DNA of 64,000 nt from the NCBI GenBank assembly GCA_021733835.1, contig JAIPKD010000003.1:4902-68901 (forward strand). The letters run 5' to 3'. Of the stretch, positions 9,617 to 18,334 are shown in pieces. Position numbers and translations under genes: made by a program. The first letter of the stretch is position 1. Each line of letters opens with the position of its first letter. The DNA comes from Verrucomicrobiota bacterium. Lineage in GTDB: Bacteria > Verrucomicrobiota > Verrucomicrobiia > Limisphaerales > JAIPKD01. The notes beneath the pieces were generated by a model. The model was given only the letters and a program-made list of their open reading frames with translations, made no database searches and was not told the origin of the DNA.

Positions 9617-9700
9617 GATACTTCAAAAGTTCGGCTATCTCTATTATATATATGCCGTGTAAGTAATCGCTTGAAAACTATCAGAACCGAAAACACAATC

Positions 9701-10189
9701 ATGGATGAGCTCCAATGGTACGTTGCCCATACAAAACCCAGGTGCGAAAAGAAATTGGTTGCTTACTGCGAAAGGGAGGGGTACGAAACCACTCTTCCAT
9801 GTTATAAAAGCGTCAAAAAGTACCGGGGCAAAACGGTCGTTTTCAACAAACCCTTATTCCCGGGCTATGTGTTCTTGCGCTTATTCTCATACCAAAAAAC
9901 CAAGGTGTTTCAAAGCGACTACGTCGCCAATCTTCTGTATGTCCCCTATCAGGAGGAATTCGAGCAGCAACTGACCGATATCCTGCACGCGCTGAATACA
10001 GACCTGGAGATAAAACTTGCCCCAGAGATAGGCGAAGGCCAGCGTGTACTTATTAAATCAGGCCCGCTCAGCGGCATCGAAGGCTGGGTCGAAAAACGCT
10101 ACGGGATGAGCGTCGTCTTGCTCCGTTTGGACTTCATCGGCCAGGCGGCGGCGGTAAGGGTTGACGCCTCGGACTTGGAAAAATCCTAA
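9701..10189 (+). CDS. NusG-paralog transcription antitermination protein (RfaH/UpxY/LoaP-like)
   Basis: WYVAHTKPRCEKKL...PLFPGYVFL is the NGN-domain signature, and there is a C-terminal KOW-like segment (GQRVLIKSGPLSGIEGWV). I chose the ATG at 9701 because the longer track ORF (start 9590) begins inside the upstream terminator. Confidence 0.7.
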   Translation: MDELQWYVAHTKPRCEKKLVAYCEREGYETTLPCYKSVKKYRGKTVVFNKPLFPGYVFLRLFSYQKTKVFQSDYVANLLYVPYQEEFEQQLTDILHALNTDLEIKLAPEIGEGQRVLIKSGPLSGIEGWVEKRYGMSVVLLRLDFIGQAAAVRVDASDLEKS

Positions 10190-10361
10190 GTGCAATCGGA
10201 TATACAAATTCAGCTAATATCACCACCACCTTTGTACGGTTTGACCGGAGATAGGTTTGATCAGTTTACCGGCAGGGATTAAATAATCTCAAATTTGCTT
10301 TGCCGTGCCACATAAATAATGTTAAGTTTCTTAAGTAAAGCTGAAAACAACCTATCAAGAA

Positions 10362-11567
10362 ATGATACTGGATTACATAATTGGCATAGTATCAATGGCA
10401 GTGGGGATTGGTGTCTTTTGCTGGCTGATGATACGGTCACTGAAAAACAGTGAAGACCCACCCAAACTCATAGTCAAATGGATTGCATCAGCGGCGGCGA
10501 TTGCCTTCGCTGTTTTTTTTATAGGGCCTACCCTCCTTGATAGCATGAGAACCGGAGATCGCTTTGGTCTAATTTTCGGTGTCGTTTCAGCCGCCGCATT
10601 CGGTGCAATGATGGCCGTAATCTGGACCGGCTCGATTGTCGATATACTGGCCAAACCGCTTGAAAACCTCTTCACAGGCGGCGATACTGCGGCGGAACCC
10701 GAGCCAAATTACTCTATCCCCGAAGCCAAACGGAAGCGCGGGTTCTATGAAGAAGCAATCATCGAGATCGACAAGGTTCTCGAGGAATTCCCGAGGGAAT
10801 TCCGTGGGCATATGTTCAAAGCGGAAGTTCAGGCCGAAAACCTCAAGAACTTGGATGCGGCTCACCAAACAATACAAGCGATCCTTCAGCATGGCAATCA
10901 TACGCCGAAGAACATCGCTTACGCAATTAACCGAATGGCCGACTGGCATATCAAATTGGCCGACGACATCGAATCCGCCCGGAACATCCTTGGTTGGATA
11001 CCGCAGATATTTCCCGGCACGGAACAATCCTATGCGGCACGACAGCGTCTCGCCAAGTTAAAGGATTTTGAAAAAAATAAAACCGCGCCCAAGAAATTCA
11101 TAGTCTCCCAACAAAACGAGAGCATCGGCCTGCGCAGCGACTTCACCGAACTGAAGCCGACAGAGGAAGATCCGGTTCGCACCGCTGAAAAACTCGTAGC
11201 GAGATTAGAAGAAAACCCGGACGACGACGAAACACGCGAACAGCTCTGCCTTCTCTACGTCAATCAATTCGGGCGCGTCGACTTGGCCGCGGAACAGCTC
11301 GAATTCCTCATTAATCAATCCGACGCGCCGCCTCACAAAGTTGTAGAATGGTTGAATAAACTCGCCGATTACCAGGTAAAAATATCGGGCGACATCGACG
11401 CCGCACGACGTACACTTCATCGAATCATCGACCTCTATCCGAACGTCGCGGCAGCCGGTAGGGCCCGTGAAAGGTTGTCCTTCCTTAATGTTGAACTCAA
11501 AGGTCGTAGCAAGCCCGCATCCGTCAAGCTCGGCAATTACGAGCAGAGCATCGGCCTCAAACGTTAG
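10362..11567 (+). CDS. membrane-anchored helical-repeat (TPR-like) protein, function unknown
   Basis: Three or four N-terminal TM helices are followed by a helical-repeat region. That region has an internal duplication: ..NRMADWHIKLADDIESARNIL..PGTEQSYAARQRLAKL versus ..LNKLADYQVKISGDIDAARRTL..PNVAAAGRARERLSFL. Confidence 0.5.
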   Translation: MILDYIIGIVSMAVGIGVFCWLMIRSLKNSEDPPKLIVKWIASAAAIAFAVFFIGPTLLDSMRTGDRFGLIFGVVSAAAFGAMMAVIWTGSIVDILAKPLENLFTGGDTAAEPEPNYSIPEAKRKRGFYEEAIIEIDKVLEEFPREFRGHMFKAEVQAENLKNLDAAHQTIQAILQHGNHTPKNIAYAINRMADWHIKLADDIESARNILGWIPQIFPGTEQSYAARQRLAKLKDFEKNKTAPKKFIVSQQNESIGLRSDFTELKPTEEDPVRTAEKLVARLEENPDDDETREQLCLLYVNQFGRVDLAAEQLEFLINQSDAPPHKVVEWLNKLADYQVKISGDIDAARRTLHRIIDLYPNVAAAGRARERLSFLNVELKGRSKPASVKLGNYEQSIGLKR

Positions 11568-11579
11568 ACTCCGCTGCCG

Positions 11580-11960
11580 TTACTTCAATTGAAGCGCAAT
11601 CTGCTTTTCGATCTCACTGGCTAGATCGATATCCGTTCCGCCGCCTTTATTTCTGACTTGGACACGGACACGCGAGATTCCGGGTTCGACCTCGTCGATT
11701 TTCACAAAGACGGTTCGAGTATCAACCTTGGCCTCGAGCGTCTTTTTGATCGTGTTCTCACCGTACAAGGCGCCGTTGAACTCCAGCACCTTCTTCGCGG
11801 CAGCGAATATCTCGTCCACGGGTTTCTCATAACGCCCCTCTATCGTGTCCTTAAGAAACGGAACGCCGGCGCGCATGTGCCCGTCCAACGTACTTACGCA
11901 TCCTGCCGTAAATAACAATGCAAGGCCCGCCATAAAAAATGCCAACATGTTCTTTTTCAT
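11580..11960 (-). CDS. lipoprotein, DUF3568-like
   Basis: Signal peptide plus lipobox (MKKNMLAFFMAGLALLFTAGC). The start was chosen at the internal Met (11960) that gives a canonical lipoprotein signal. Overall the sequence resembles small DUF3568 lipoproteins, from recollection. Confidence 0.5.
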   Translation of the reverse strand: MKKNMLAFFMAGLALLFTAGCVSTLDGHMRAGVPFLKDTIEGRYEKPVDEIFAAAKKVLEFNGALYGENTIKKTLEAKVDTRTVFVKIDEVEPGISRVRVQVRNKGGGTDIDLASEIEKQIALQLK

Positions 11961-12050
11961 CACGGCTAATGCAATCATAATGTATTCCTGCGTCAAGCAC
12001 GAAGTAATTGTCGAGCCATTCAAAAACCGCAGCATGCGCCGATTGCATTA

Positions 12051-12971
12051 TCAACGGCCGCCGGCTTCTCCCAGCATTACGTCCACCACCACGGGGAAAT
12101 GGTCGCTTGGATACTTCTCATCGACCGCGTAATCCACCGTTCGCGCCGTCAGCGGTTTCACTCCACCACGCCCCAATATCCAGTCAATCCTGATCCCATC
12201 GCGCTTGGCCGGAAAACTGAATCCATTAAACGTATTAAGTCCCTCATTCACGCAATGCTCGGCTTCGACCCAGAGATCGCGGAATCCGTCGGGAGAAACC
12301 AGCACATCATATGGTTCGCTCTCGCCGGCAACGGCATTAAAATCACCGGCCAGCAACACAGGCAAATTCGTATCAAGCGCATCAACCCGTTTTTTCACCA
12401 ACTTCGCCGACTTCAAACGCGCCTCGCTTACGCGATGGTCGAAGTGTGTATTGATTAAGTAGAATTCGCCGCCGTTCGTTTTATCCATAAAACGCACCCA
12501 CGTCACCATGCGCCTGTTCGAATTCCCCCATGTGCTCGAGGCGATTATCTCGGGTGTGTCGGAAAGCCAAAAATGATCGAACTCAAGAGGCTCGAGCCTG
12601 TCCGTCCGATAAAAAACCGCCATGAACTCGCCGTGACTACCGCCATCCCTGCCGAGGCCTATCCATTCGTAACCCGGCAATCCGACGTCGATATCCTTCA
12701 ACTGCTCATACAATCCCTCTTGAGTGCCCATTACATCCGGTCTCACACCCTTGATGCAATCGATGACAAGCGGCCGTCTCGAAGACCAGGAATTAGGCCC
12801 GGTTGCTCCGGCGTAACGTAAATTATAGGTCATTACTCTAAGCGTCGTCTGACCGCTCGCTCCTTCGTCACCATGTACATTAATTGAAGATGCGGACAGA
12901 ACCATTCCCACGCCGAATATCGGTACAAACAATAAAGATAACCAATTACTCTTGTTTTTCATAAATAACAC
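12051..12971 (-). CDS. secreted endonuclease/exonuclease/phosphatase (EEP) family protein
   Basis: An N-terminal signal peptide, LRVMTYNLRY near the N-terminus, GDFN in the middle and SDHFPVVVDV at the C-terminus are the classic EEP motifs. Confidence 0.8.
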   Translation of the reverse strand: MLFMKNKSNWLSLLFVPIFGVGMVLSASSINVHGDEGASGQTTLRVMTYNLRYAGATGPNSWSSRRPLVIDCIKGVRPDVMGTQEGLYEQLKDIDVGLPGYEWIGLGRDGGSHGEFMAVFYRTDRLEPLEFDHFWLSDTPEIIASSTWGNSNRRMVTWVRFMDKTNGGEFYLINTHFDHRVSEARLKSAKLVKKRVDALDTNLPVLLAGDFNAVAGESEPYDVLVSPDGFRDLWVEAEHCVNEGLNTFNGFSFPAKRDGIRIDWILGRGGVKPLTARTVDYAVDEKYPSDHFPVVVDVMLGEAGGR

Positions 12972-13196
12972 CTCACGCTCTTCCTTACTCTACATCGCCT
13001 CATAATTCCAGACGAAAAGCAACTGTCGTTTTTACACTCTCCGCTCTGTGTCGCAGGGACAGGTTATTACAACTTTCCTTCGTCCGAAATAACGCCGAAC
13101 TTATCAACAAACCGGATTCGATCCCGATAGCGATGGCGATTTCTATTTCGATAGAGCATTGTGTATGAACCTGTCCCTTCTCACCCACCTCTGTAT

Positions 13197-13289
13197 CTCC
13201 TCCCGGGAGGAGAGCTGGGTTTGGATTACCCACCCCTTTCATCCCCTCCGGTGGAGGGGATCATTGTATAGCTCCCCTCCTTGGAGGGG
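13197..13289. repeat. three short CCTCC/GGAGG hairpins
   Basis: ctcctcccgggaggag (13197-13212, a perfect 16-nt palindrome), cccctcc-ggt-ggagggg (13243-13259) and cccctcc-tt-ggagggg (13274-13289). The last one is followed by taggggtgggttttt. Confidence 0.6.
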
Positions 13290-13322
13290 TAGGGGTGGGT
13301 TTTTCCTCCGCGCAACAGAAAC

Positions 13323-13426
13323 CTCAACACCTCAACACCTCAACACCTCAACACCTCAACACCTCAACACCTCAACACCTCAACACCTCAACACCTCAAC
13401 ACCTTAACACCTTAACACCTTAACGC
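13323..13426. repeat. 8-bp microsatellite: (CTCAACAC)x10, then CTTAACAC x2 and CTTAACGC x1
   Basis: Counted base by base. There are ten perfect units at 13323-13402 and three degenerate units at 13403-13426. The array ends 77 bp upstream of the ATG at 13503. Confidence 0.95.
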
Positions 13427-13502
13427 CACAGGACAGTTCATTCTGATTAATGTCGCTATTTATTTAATGCACATTAGATCGATCCTGTTGTAATATGTTT
13501 CT

Positions 13503-16322
13503 ATGAAATTTAAACTTCGGCATGCGTTTGGATTATCATTGGTATTAGGCGCGCTTATCGCAGTACAGGCCCGCGCAGAAATCACGGTCGACGGTCTGGA
13601 TAATAGGGCGTTTTACCATGATTACGTCGCATTCAAGGTAATCACCGAACCGGGATTTCAGTACCTGTGTGAGCTTGATTCGGAGCCTGTTGCCGCCGGG
13701 GAATGGATAGAGGTTTCCGAGGTCGATTACCATGAATTATATGTAGTGCGGACGAACACCGCGAACAGCGACACAGAAAGCCGGCTGATCCAGTTCATCG
13801 TACAATCATCCGCGCGGGGTAATAGCGAGAGAGGCCTTCCGCCGTGGACGCCCTATCCGACGGTCAACTCATCGGAGGACGAACTTGCAGGCGCCGAACT
13901 CCGCATTATTACACCCGCACAAATCCCAACCGGCGGCCAAATACCGGTCATCGGACTTGTCGAGAACACAAACGGCGGCCCGGTTCGCGTCAACGGCGAT
14001 GCGATTATAGTCGGCAACGGCATGAAAGCATTCAAGATCAGGCGCGGCGTAGGCTCTTGTTTCGTCAAGGCGCCGTCGAATCCCGGTGGATTCAGCATGA
14101 ACATCTCGCTATCGTCGATGGAGACCCGCAAATCCCTCCTCATCGAATCCGGCGGTGACTGGTCGGCCATAGCCGGAACAGTGTCGGACACAGAGGTATG
14201 GCAGGAGAATTCTGAAATTCATATCACCAACGACATTACAATTCCGGCCGGCGCGGAGCTCCGGATCGAGTCCGGCACATTCGTCAAGCTCGATCCGAGA
14301 GTGAACATCCATGTGAACGGCAAATTGCGCATCCTCGGCACAGTTGAGAATCCCGTACTCTTGGCCCCATCACAATCCTCCGAGCCCTGGGGAGGGTTTC
14401 TGGTTACAAGCAATTCCGCGACCCTCGAAGTCACAGGCGCGATAATAACCGGCGGCGGAGGTGATCCCGGCTATTTCGACGACCACTTCGGCGTCAGCCA
14501 CCGACCGGAGCAGGCCGTCCTACTTGGACATCACAATGCCACCGTCACAGTCACAAACAGCTACTTGATATCAAACGCCGGACAGGCGGCCAACGGCTAT
14601 AACTCGGAATTCATGTTCGACAATACACTCATTCAACGGTGTATAACGACCGGCGAATTCGAAGGCGGCCTGGTAGTTTTCAATAAATCAGCGCTCATCG
14701 AATTCCCTGTCGACAGCCAATTATTCCTGGACCAAGACAATGACGCGGTATACTTCACAGAGGGCGAGCATTTTCTCTATGATTCGTTGATCGGATGGGC
14801 CAAGGACGACGGGATCGACTCCGGCTCGGGTGGCGCAGGCTCGGTGGTAGTCAGCAACTGCTGGATCGAGGCCTGCTACCACGAGGGCATGGCGTGGTCC
14901 GGGGGCGGACGCGAGATCGACGTGGCAAACACAGTGGTCATGAACTGCGGCCAGGGCATTGAAGCCGGCTGGGGCACCTCCGCAAACAGCCCCGATGTGT
15001 TCGCCGAAAACCTCCTCGCCGTTTGCAACGCCGTCGGCGCTAGGTTCGGCGACAATTACAACTGGACGTACCCGGGTAGACTAACGGTAACCAACTCGTA
15101 TCTCCTTTATAATCTCAGGGATATATTCGGACGCGCATGGGGCGGCACATGGCAGGTACGTTCCAACAGCATGTTCATAGACAACAACTACATCTCGTCG
15201 CCGAACAATTATCACACAAACAACACCATCTGGAATCCGTCCATGGACGGGCATCTCCTCGCCGGATTCCTCACCACACCGCCGGATGCCCAGGTAGGCG
15301 TTGCCTTCGCTGTTACAAATAATTTACTGACGCCGGACAATGCGCAGGGAACGGTTTACGTCGGACTCAGCACGTTCAGCACGAACCAAGTCAAAGTCGA
15401 TTACACTATCACAACAGGCAGCCTCGCCTTAGGAATGAAAACCCTTACATTCCATCCCGGAGAAATAATCAAGGGCATTGATATCGGCGACTATAATCTT
15501 AAATTCGCGTATGTATCACTCCATAACCCGGTCAACTCGAAGCTGACCACGCCTTCGCGTCTATATATCACGCAGAGCGAAAACGCGCCCACCTCTCTCT
15601 CACTTATAAACACTGCCTCCAACTGGAGATACCTCGACGGTAATCGCGTTCCTGAAACCAACTGGGCTTCGCTCGAGTTCGATGACACGAACTGGGAGAC
15701 CGGGCACGCCGAATTCGGATTCGGTGACAACGACGAGGTAACCGTGATCGACGGCGGGCCCGACGGTGGCCGTTATCCCACGGCTTACTTTCGTCATCGT
15801 TTTCCGGTGGATAATCCCGCCGATTTCAGTTCGCTTGCTCTGGATGTGCGCTATGACGACGGAGTGATATTATATCTTAACAACAACGAAATCTTCAGAG
15901 GCAACATGCCGGACGGCCCGATATCCCACGATACGTACACGGGCAATGCCACCGAATCGGAGACGGCATTCGTCCATCACGTTATCGACACCGATTACCT
16001 CGAACCGGGGGGGAACATCATTGCCGCCGAAGTACATCAATCCTCCCCCGATTCGTCGGACTTAAGTTTCGACCTCGGCCTCAAGGCGATCCGCAGATAT
16101 GACCTGACGGAGATTCAATACCAAAGATTCGGTGATGAAATTATGTTATATTGGCAAAACCCCAATTTCACGCTTCAACAATCGACTTCGCTGAACGGAC
16201 CATGGGAATTAATTCGCCCCCTTCAAAACCCGGTATCGATCGGACTCGATCAAAACGACAATAAATTCTTTAGACTACGAGACATCAACACCATACAAAA
16301 CAACGGCATGGAACATCCGTAA
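13503..16322 (+). CDS. secreted right-handed beta-helix (pectate-lyase-fold-like) protein with C-terminal beta-sandwich modules
   Basis: Signal peptide MKFKLRHAFGLSLVLGALIAVQARA. The central region has parallel beta-helix-type repeats (NSYLISN, NCWIEACYHEGMAW, NTVVMNCGQGIEAG, VTNSYLLYN). There is a WRYLDG...W..LEFDDTNWETGHAEFGFGD module and the C-terminus ends ..FFRLRD. Confidence 0.55.
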   Translation: MKFKLRHAFGLSLVLGALIAVQARAEITVDGLDNRAFYHDYVAFKVITEPGFQYLCELDSEPVAAGEWIEVSEVDYHELYVVRTNTANSDTESRLIQFIVQSSARGNSERGLPPWTPYPTVNSSEDELAGAELRIITPAQIPTGGQIPVIGLVENTNGGPVRVNGDAIIVGNGMKAFKIRRGVGSCFVKAPSNPGGFSMNISLSSMETRKSLLIESGGDWSAIAGTVSDTEVWQENSEIHITNDITIPAGAELRIESGTFVKLDPRVNIHVNGKLRILGTVENPVLLAPSQSSEPWGGFLVTSNSATLEVTGAIITGGGGDPGYFDDHFGVSHRPEQAVLLGHHNATVTVTNSYLISNAGQAANGYNSEFMFDNTLIQRCITTGEFEGGLVVFNKSALIEFPVDSQLFLDQDNDAVYFTEGEHFLYDSLIGWAKDDGIDSGSGGAGSVVVSNCWIEACYHEGMAWSGGGREIDVANTVVMNCGQGIEAGWGTSANSPDVFAENLLAVCNAVGARFGDNYNWTYPGRLTVTNSYLLYNLRDIFGRAWGGTWQVRSNSMFIDNNYISSPNNYHTNNTIWNPSMDGHLLAGFLTTPPDAQVGVAFAVTNNLLTPDNAQGTVYVGLSTFSTNQVKVDYTITTGSLALGMKTLTFHPGEIIKGIDIGDYNLKFAYVSLHNPVNSKLTTPSRLYITQSENAPTSLSLINTASNWRYLDGNRVPETNWASLEFDDTNWETGHAEFGFGDNDEVTVIDGGPDGGRYPTAYFRHRFPVDNPADFSSLALDVRYDDGVILYLNNNEIFRGNMPDGPISHDTYTGNATESETAFVHHVIDTDYLEPGGNIIAAEVHQSSPDSSDLSFDLGLKAIRRYDLTEIQYQRFGDEIMLYWQNPNFTLQQSTSLNGPWELIRPLQNPVSIGLDQNDNKFFRLRDINTIQNNGMEHP

Positions 16323-16386
16323 GGATAAAAAAAGTTTGTCCGGGCGCGGCCTTTGAAATAGATTAGTGAATTGAGAGGCGTAGTAT

Positions 16387-16463
16387 GCGCGAGTAGCTCA
16401 ATAGGATAGAGCGACGGCCTCCGGAGCCGTAGGTTGGGGGTTCGAGCCCCTCCTCGCGTACCA
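16387..16463 (+). tRNA. tRNA-Arg (anticodon CCG), CCA encoded
   Basis: Manual cloverleaf. Acceptor stem gcgcgag/ctcgcgt (G1-U72), D arm gctc-aataggata-gagc, anticodon arm acggc-CTCCGGA-gccgt (anticodon CCG), variable loop aggtt, T arm ggggg-ttcgagc-ccctc, discriminator A, then CCA. Confidence 0.85.
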
Positions 16464-16709
16464 TTCAAAGCGTGGTTTGGTTTAAGTTGGACGGCTACGG
16501 AGCCGAAAACCGGCGGTTAATAGAGCATTCTAGTACAATCGGTGGGAGGTGATTAATTCGAGTTTCTTCGAGCACCTCGCATGCTTCGGGATAAAGACTG
16601 ATACATGAAGCCGGGGCTGGAAGTAGGCCACCGGATACGCCGTATCTCGATTTGCATGAATTTGCATTTTCGAGCGCAAGTATTCACCACCGGCCTTGTT
16701 TAAAAAAAC

Positions 16710-18323
16710 ATGATACACGAGAACCAAAAAAACGCGATTCGCGTCTGCCTGATTTCACTCGGCTGCGCAAAGAACCTGGTCGACTCGGAATTAATGCTCG
16801 GCCGTGTTCTTTCCGACCAGATGGAAATCACAACGGACATCGGCGACGCAGACGCTTTGATCATCAATACCTGTTCATTTATTAACGATGCCAAGGAAGA
16901 GAGCATAGACACGATTCTCGAGTCGGCATACACACGTGAAACGGTCAATCCCGAACTCGCCATTGTAGTCGCCGGTTGTCTCCCGCAACGTTATACAACC
17001 GAACTGCTCGAACTCATGCCGGAAGTCGACGCGTTCATGGGGATTAATGAAGTGCAGGATGTCGATGAATGCATTAAAAACGCCATAACACATAGACGCC
17101 GCGTAATGGAATCGGCAACGACGGCGACCAAAGGCGAGGCTTCAACATCGGTCGTGCGTAATTCGGGCAAGCGCCGCGAGGCATCCGGTAATAAATCCCG
17201 CACAAACAAGCCGCAACCATTGTCAACCGCCACGGCATACTCGAAGATTACAAGGCATCCGGACTACGTCCATGACCACACCGCGCCCAGGCTCCGCCTG
17301 ACACCTTCGCATCTTACGTATGTCAAGATCGCCGAGGGTTGCAACCATCCATGCAGCTTCTGCTCGATCCCCAGAATCCGCGGGCGGCACAGAAGCAGAC
17401 CGTTAAAAGACATAGCGTGCGAAGTCCGCAACCTCATTGCCGAGGGCGTCAGAGAGATCAATCTAATCTCTCAGGACACCACCAACTACGGTGCGGACCT
17501 GGTACAGCGGCGCATCCATAACGTCGAGGCAACTGCGCCCGCGCCGGCATTAGCGGGCTTGATCGAAGAGCTGGATTCGATCCCGGGCGATTTCTGGGTC
17601 AGAATCCTGTACACACATCCGGCGCATTGGACGGATAGCCTCATCCACGCCATCAAACGCAGCGAAAAGACCGCACGCTACATCGACATCCCACTGCAAC
17701 ACATCCATCCAGTCATGCTCGAACGGATGCGGCGCGAGACATCCCGCGAGCATATCGAGCGGCTTCTTCGGAAGATTCGCGAAGCAATCCCCGGAATAAC
17801 AATAAGAACCACGTTCATCGTCGGATTCCCCGGAGAAACCGACGCCCACTTCGAATCACTCCTTGAGTTCATAGAGGAGTCACGATTTGAAAGACTAGGA
17901 GTATTCACATATTCACCGGAAGAAGGCACACGCGCTGCTAAGATGTCCGGCCAAATACCCGAGGACGTCAAGGCCGATCGCCTGCATCGTGTCATGTCCG
18001 TTCAGCGCCGAATATCCTCTGAAATCCTTTCCGGCAGCGTAGGTAAGACGATTCGAGCGCTCGTTGAAGAGCAGGCGCATGCCGATGAGATACGCGCTTT
18101 TAATACATTCGACAACGAACACGGCCTTGTTCGCTCTGCCGAAAATGATATCCCCGGACTGGACACAGACCAGGTCAGCATTGCAAGGGGCGAATCCGAC
18201 GCGCCGGATATAGACGGGCGCGTAATTATCAAGGGCGCCCTCGAACCGGGTAAATTCGCTAAAGTTAAAATAGTCGGGCATTCGGACTATGATTTAATTG
18301 CGATACCGGAGAAAACCGTTTAG
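16710..18323 (+). CDS. rimO: ribosomal protein S12 methylthiotransferase RimO
   Basis: N-terminal MTTase domain (VCLISLGCAKNLVDSELMLG...INTCSF), radical-SAM motif EGCNHPCSFCSIP and a C-terminal TRAM-like region. At 537 aa it is about 90 aa longer than usual because of low-complexity insertions. Confidence 0.85.
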   Translation: MIHENQKNAIRVCLISLGCAKNLVDSELMLGRVLSDQMEITTDIGDADALIINTCSFINDAKEESIDTILESAYTRETVNPELAIVVAGCLPQRYTTELLELMPEVDAFMGINEVQDVDECIKNAITHRRRVMESATTATKGEASTSVVRNSGKRREASGNKSRTNKPQPLSTATAYSKITRHPDYVHDHTAPRLRLTPSHLTYVKIAEGCNHPCSFCSIPRIRGRHRSRPLKDIACEVRNLIAEGVREINLISQDTTNYGADLVQRRIHNVEATAPAPALAGLIEELDSIPGDFWVRILYTHPAHWTDSLIHAIKRSEKTARYIDIPLQHIHPVMLERMRRETSREHIERLLRKIREAIPGITIRTTFIVGFPGETDAHFESLLEFIEESRFERLGVFTYSPEEGTRAAKMSGQIPEDVKADRLHRVMSVQRRISSEILSGSVGKTIRALVEEQAHADEIRAFNTFDNEHGLVRSAENDIPGLDTDQVSIARGESDAPDIDGRVIIKGALEPGKFAKVKIVGHSDYDLIAIPEKTV

Positions 18324-18334
18324 AACATAGCTAA

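Noticed and set aside
9590-9700. Longer N-terminus for the NusG paralog (track start at 9590).
   Set aside because: The extension begins inside the stem of the upstream rho-independent terminator, and it adds 37 residues that do not resemble the NGN domain. The ATG at 9701 gives the canonical N-terminus.
13159-13407. An 82-aa ORF whose translation contains a TSTPQHLN repeat.
   Set aside because: It is simply a reading of the 8-bp microsatellite and the hairpin region. Three units make one 8-aa period. It has no start context or coding signal, so I treat it as non-coding repeat DNA.
13323-13426. Possible CRISPR array.
   Set aside because: The units are 8 bp and directly abutting with no spacers, and no cas genes are present. 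It is a microsatellite, not a CRISPR array.
16464-16709. An integration hotspot or genomic island downstream of tRNA-Arg. A small tandem atttgcat(g/t) duplication lies at about 16650-16670.
   Set aside because: There is no integrase, no direct repeat of the tRNA 3' end and no accessory genes. The next gene is housekeeping rimO.
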